The position numbers were made by a program, and so were the translations under genes. Below the pieces are notes generated by a model. That model saw nothing but the letters and a program-made list of their open reading frames with translations, was not told the DNA's origin and made no database searches. A stretch of 64,000 bases of DNA from the human T2T-CHM13v2.0 reference genome, Homo sapiens. The stretch lies in NCBI RefSeq assembly GCF_009914755.1, contig NC_060933.1; one strand, written 5' to 3'. Positions within the stretch are counted from its first letter, which is position 1. The number at the start of each line of letters is the position of its first letter. This document shows positions 57,590 through 64,000 of this stretch, piece after piece.

Positions 57590-58340
57590 TGGCATTCACT
57601 TCTCTATCTCTGTTGCCGTCCCACAGCTCCACAAAGTGGAGAGGGAGGTTTGGGACTTTGGAACAGGTGAATGTGACCAAGGTCACCGGTCCACTCAGCG
57701 CCACACCAGTGCTGGGCCAAGCGGCATCAAACCCAGGGCAGCTCGCACGGGGGGAAGGACCTGGGAGGGAGCAGGGAAGCACGGGTGCTGTGTCTGGGAA
57801 TCTTGAAAACACCAAGGAGTGCTTTGAAACGGGCCGCTTGGCCGGAAGAGCACCGGCCTGTTCTCCATTAGTGTCCCCTTTTCCTGGCTCAGGGAGTTCA
57901 CACCCACTTTCTGACGCCTTGACTCTAGTCCTCATTGGCTCTGGGGACATCAGGGAATTCTCCATGGTGGGGCAGAGTGGGGACATCCACAGCTGGAAGC
58001 CACAGTCAGCCCCCACACCACCGTCCCGCCCTCCTTGTGATCACGTGGTTTCACGACTACACTTTTTGAATTCCCGGCAGCCACCATCCACACCCCTCAA
58101 CCTGATATTTTCAAGGGGATTCAGCACGATCTGGCATTCTACAGACTCCACCTGCCAACGGCCAGCTGACTTTCTCCCAAGGAGCACAGGTGGTGCAATG
58201 AGGAAGTCTCTACTGAAAAAAATGCCGGACAAGGGGCTGTGCCCACTTTACAAAGCACCCTGAAAACAGGAGCCCTCACTGGGCCCCTTGTCTCCATGGA
58301 GAAGACCCCTAGAAAAACTGGTGCCAGTCTCAAAGACAAG

Positions 58341-58850
58341 GCACACACACACACACACTCCCACACAATGCACACATAATGCACATGTGCACACGCACAC
58401 GATGTACATGTACACGACGCACACATGCACACACACACAATGCACACGTGCACACACAATGCACAGACGCACACGATGTACATGTACACACAACGCACAC
58501 ATACACACAAGATGCACACATACACACAATGCACACACGCACACGATGTACATGTACACACGATGCACACATGCACTCACACACGATGCACACGTGCACA
58601 CACAACGCACACACGCACGATGTACATGTACACGCGACCCACACATGCACACTCACACACGATGCACACGTGCACACACAATGCACACATGCACACGATG
58701 TACATGTACACACGATGCACACACGTACACATACTCACACGATGCACACATGATATACATGTGCACACATGCACGGAATGCACACAAGGCACCCATGCAC
58801 ACTCACACACAATGCACATGCACACAAGATACACACGTGCACACACGCAC
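58341..58850. repeat. (CA)-rich repeat with a ~74-bp higher-order unit
   Basis: gatgtacatgtacac starts at 58401, 58475, 58545, 58619 and 58697. Confidence 0.95.
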
Positions 58851-61264
58851 CTTCCCTTCTGAAGGAAGCCTGGCAGGAAACGGGCACAGGCCACGGCTGC
58901 TCCCCCAGGGAGAATGGAGGGAAGGAGGGGCTTTGCTCAAACACGCCTCTCTGCTCCTAGCCAGCGGGGTTATCCAAGGCTCCATGGAGGAGGCGGACAG
59001 GCAACACCGAGCTGGGCTTGGTCCCACTCGATAAGAAGGAAGAAAGGCGCAAGATGAATTGCCGGCGGAGCCTGTGACTTGCGCTGAATGCTAACTGACA
59101 GTGATTCACTTGGAAAGTTTCTCTCCGCGGGATAAAGCCCTCTTTGTAGAAAGGGAAGGTGGTGGGTGCCAACGAGGGCCCGGGCGCACAGGCCCAGGAC
59201 TAACAAAAGCGTCGGCGTCACCATCCCAGAGCCTGGCTCTCTGCCACCCTGGGAAGTGCTGGGACTCTTGCTGGGAAGCTGGGCAGTTTGAGGATGTGGG
59301 GCTGGGTGAGTGGGGGTCTCACTGGTGATATGGATGGAGAAGGGGAAAGGAGGGGGTGAACAGAGAAAGGGAGAGAGAAGAGCCGGGAGTGCCTGTGTAT
59401 TGATCCCAGAAGCTGAGCTGGAAGAAAGAGTTGGCTAGAGGCTCACGGCTGGGCCTCCAGGACCAGCACAACTTTGTCGGTTCCCCTGCAAAGGACACCC
59501 CGGATGCCTCCAGCCATGCAAAAAGCATTAATTAAGTACCTTCTGAATGCAGATGTTGGGACTGTTTAGTCAAGGGGTGTGAAGGAAGATGCTGGCATGG
59601 CAGAGTTGAAGAGAATGTCCCGGCTCTGCCATTGTCTGTGTGACCCATGGCCACTCACCCAACCCCCTCTAAGCCTCAGCGTCCCCGTCCATCAAATGTG
59701 AGGATTAAATGAGACACATACAAAGAAACCCGGAGCTTTGCGAACACTCAGCAAGGACTAATAAGGACGAGGTTGCCACTCTCACGGGGTCCTGTCCCCT
59801 GTACATCCCACCCTGGGTTTTCCTCTTTCTCTACTGCAAATCTCTTTGCACAAAAGCCCACCCAGCAGGCCCCAGACCTGCTCCCCACCCAGAGGCCTAT
59901 GACAGCCTAGCCCTAGAGCTCACTAAATCATCTCCCTTCCCTGAGGGGCCCTATCCCCGTCCTCCTCTTCCAGGGGCCAAGTTCTTTACCTGTTCCTGAT
60001 GTGAACCCATTTTCAGGAGAGGAGGTGACAAACTCAGCACTCAAAAGGCAATGGTGGAGCCCAATGGATTACCTACGCCGACAGGGACAAACTCTCAAGT
60101 CAAAGGAATGATTCTCTAATGGTGGAATGTCAAGCTGAATATTTTTTGACTTAACAGAGAGCTGGGAACCCATCATGAGAAAAACAGAAAACTCTTTCTT
60201 TTTTTTTTTTTTTTGGCTAGAAGGGTTTTATTTGTTTATCGTTTCTAGTAAGTCACAAAGACGCATAACCTCCAAAGGGAAAACTTATGCCACTGAAAAT
60301 GTCAACACAGCACAGAGGGGCCCTGCCCATCCCACAGAGGCCATGCAGTTGGGACTTTGCCTACCCCCTCTGGGCCTCACTCCCTGTCCTAGCCTGCCTG
60401 AGAGAGTGCCATCCTCCCCTTTATTGACGGGGAAACCAAGGCTTAGGGAGGAAAGCGACTGGCCCAGGCCGGGCATCCAGTTGAAGGACTAAGCTGGTCC
60501 CATCTGACACTGACCTATGCTGGGCCCCCAAGGACAGGACCGAACAGATCCCAGAGAGAGAACCCTGTGGACAGAAAAGGCTAGCTGGACCCACACCCTC
60601 CCGAGGGAGACCAGGACAGTGGGAGAGAGAACTGACGCAGCCTCCTGGAGACCCTGGTCCCCCGCCCTGGTCCCCCCACCCTCCCGGCTGAATCCCCAGC
60701 CCCCTAAGCCCCGGCCCATCGCCACTTCCACGAGCACAACTCCCAGATTCTCCTTCACTGACCTCCTTCCACAGGAGGTCAGCAATTTCTCATTTCCCTG
60801 CTTCACCAACTCCATTTTCCAAAGTGATTGAGACTCTAACACCATTAAACATGATTTAATTTGCTTTTCCTAATGATATGCCCACAGTATTAGGACAGCT
60901 CTCCTTTTCCACTTGAAAGGCATCTCAGGGTGGTTTCCTCCAGTGACATTAATAGGGAAACCGTCGGAAATGCTAAAGAGGACTCGGTGCCTCCAGCTCG
61001 GCTAGAAACTATTTTTAAACAAAGGAGCGCACTCTCTGCGGCGGCAGAAAAGCGAACCAGAGAGCAGGAAGGCGGCGCTGGCTCCGAGCCTTGTGTCTGC
61101 ATTTCCCGCACTTTCATCTGCTGGTCCGGACCCAGGCCCAGCTGCTAGCCCGGGCTACCACCACCACCAGGAAACACTCAGAAACCCAGGCCAGGGGCCC
61201 TGGAAAGGCGGCAGACTCCTTCTCGGTGGCACCCATTGTAAGAGTCAGCCTGGAATCTCTGAGC

Positions 61265-62039
<775 letters not shown>

Positions 62040-63732
62040 TGAGTTTCACAGCAATCCTGCTAAGCTGGCACTTGTGGGAAAATAGAGGCTCAGAAAGGCT
62101 GGAGACTCTTAGGGCCCCACCGGGCTTTGAAACCAGATCCTGGGAGCTGCAGACCATAATCTCTGCTTCACTGGGTGGGGCCTCCTCACTGGACAGCCCT
62201 GGGTGAGGGGTTCCAGGAGCCCAGGTGTCCCGGCTCCCAGCCCAGGGACTCACTGTCCCCCGGGGCCAGGTCGGCTGGCAATTTCTAGGCTGTTCTAAGC
62301 CACGGGTCAAGGGCTGCCCACTCAGCAAGGGAAGCCACCAGGACACCGGGTTTTTCCTGAACATTCCTCCCATCTTGGGAGAGAAAAGATGCTCAGCCAC
62401 TTTTGCCACCAGCTCAAATATTTCAGTCTCAGATCAGAGAGGAATGTAAGCCGGAAACAGCGCAGAGAGTGGGGCCAGATGGACGTGGCCAGTCTCAGGG
62501 GAGCAACACAAACAGCGCATTCTTGGCATCCGTGAGGCAGAGACATGGAAGATGGAAGGTCCCCGCTGCCCCGACTGTCCCTGCCGCCCCGGCCACCCCT
62601 GCCTCACCCACCACCCAACCGCATGTCCTCCGCGGAGCCCAGAGTCAGTTCTGCTGGACATACAGCGGCGGACCCAAGGCTGCTTTCCACGTTGCCCAGT
62701 CCTGCTCTGCCAGGCCCCAGGCATCAGTCAGCACCTGTTCTCTGCGCTGAGCCACGTGCCAGGAGGCCAGACAGGCCTGGGCGTGGGCCCCAGTGTGGAC
62801 CCCATCCTCCAGCTGCACGGGGAACTGACAGGTACTCCCTCTTACCGCACACCGAGAACCAGGCCTCACTCACTCCTGCACATGCAGCCAGCAGACAGCT
62901 CAGCAGGTAGAGGGATCTGCCATCAAAGGCAGAGCTGAGAGCCTCCTTCTAGTCAGCCCCAGAAAGGCCTAGATGGAGGCCAAGGGCCAGGAGAGAGAGT
63001 CCGGGCTCTGCCTCCAGTCCACAAAGGGCCACGAAGCAGCCCTGGCCCTCACCAGGCCTCAGTGTCCCCACTGCACAGCAGTGCAAGACAGCTGAGGGCG
63101 CTTTTCGCCAGCCATGTGAGCACCTGTGCCTCTCCCTGCAGGCTGGGGCAATCCAGGGTGGCTTCATAGAAGAGGCGGTGCTGGGCTGGCCCAGAACCAC
63201 ACCACTGGATCACTCACTGAAAGCCCATGGTCATTAGGCAGAGGTGTCCAGTGCCCCCTCCACCTGCCCAGCTGGCCTGGGAGGCCTGAGCACTGAGGTC
63301 CCTGAGGCCACATGGAAAAGCGTCGCTGATACCAGCAGGGGAGGTGCCCCCTCCCCAGGTGTCCCTCCCTCTGAGCGCCCCACAGACCCATCCAGGACCA
63401 GGTCCCGCCCACCCCTAGGCCCCGTCACACAGAGGAGGCTTGGCTCAGCTGCTCGGCTCAAGGCGGGGGATGCTGTCTGTCACTGTCTCCCCACAGCAGG
63501 CCAGTGCCGGGCAACATACTGGCCGCCTGCTGCTGCGGCTGCCTGACGACACGGGGCCGCACCTCCACTAGTGAAAGGGGCCCCAACTGAGGTCCCTGAA
63601 GGTCATGTCCCAGGAGTCTCCAAGCACCCTGAACATCCCCAAAAGTCTAACTCATACCCCTCGGCCCACCCGCTTCCTGGCTGGCCCTGAGTGCCCTCCG
63701 TGGGGGGCCCTGCTATCGTGCGGGATCAGAAA

Positions 63733-63838
63733 CTCTAATTGGGGATATAGCTCATAATTAGTCTTTGATTAATTAAAAAATGAGAAAACCAATTACTTAA
63801 TAAATGTCGTTGGCTTAATATGCATAATCTCTGAAGCC
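63733..63838. promoter_or_regulatory. AT-rich homeodomain/POU-motif island, candidate conserved enhancer
   Basis: CTAATTG, CATAATTAG, GATTAATTAA, CAATTA and ATGCATAAT within ~100 bp of non-repeat DNA in a GC-rich background. Confidence 0.45.
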
Positions 63839-64000
63839 GTGCAGCCCTGAGAGGGGAAGGCAGGCTATTCAGAGGAGTCCTTGGAGGGGAGACGGCGGGG
63901 GATACAGAGTCAGCCCACTTCCCTCCGCCTGCTGTCTCAGACACCAGAGAGTCCCCACCAGATGACAGCTCTGTGCGTGCCGGAGTGTGGGCTCTGCTCC

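Noticed and set aside
58341-58850. CRISPR-like appearance (palindromic core at ~74-bp spacing)
   Set aside because: The intervening sequences are similar CA-rich copies rather than unique spacers, there are no cas genes, and the context is primate DNA.
57201-59034. Overlapping 200-324-aa ORFs
   Set aside because: They span the GA-rich and CA-rich repeats.

Overview
Primate, most likely human, non-coding euchromatin from a very GC-rich isochore. I found no credible protein-coding sequence, RNA gene or CRISPR array; the long ORFs in the track come from simple repeats, Alus or GC-rich stop-codon depletion. The window holds about 20 Alu elements (J, S and Y ages, many with visible TSDs), eight LTR relics (MER77-, MLT2-, MLT1- and MER39-like), L1M/L1PA, MIR, L2 and MER3/MER5 fragments, several simple or tandem repeats, and short AT-rich TAAT-dense islands that look like conserved enhancers. 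All recognisable LTRs lie on the + strand, and the best splice-site pairs lie on the - strand, which suggests an intron of a long minus-strand transcription unit; I cannot name the gene. The most distinctive structure is at 41.3-44.3 kb: an old AluJ insertion that appears to carry, inside its TSD, an inverted ~290-bp copy of nearby DNA with fold-back hairpins at both junctions, next to a MER39 LTR flanked by a ~75-bp direct duplication. I see no evidence for a new gene system. Repeat family names come from remembered consensus sequences and need RepeatMasker/Dfam confirmation.
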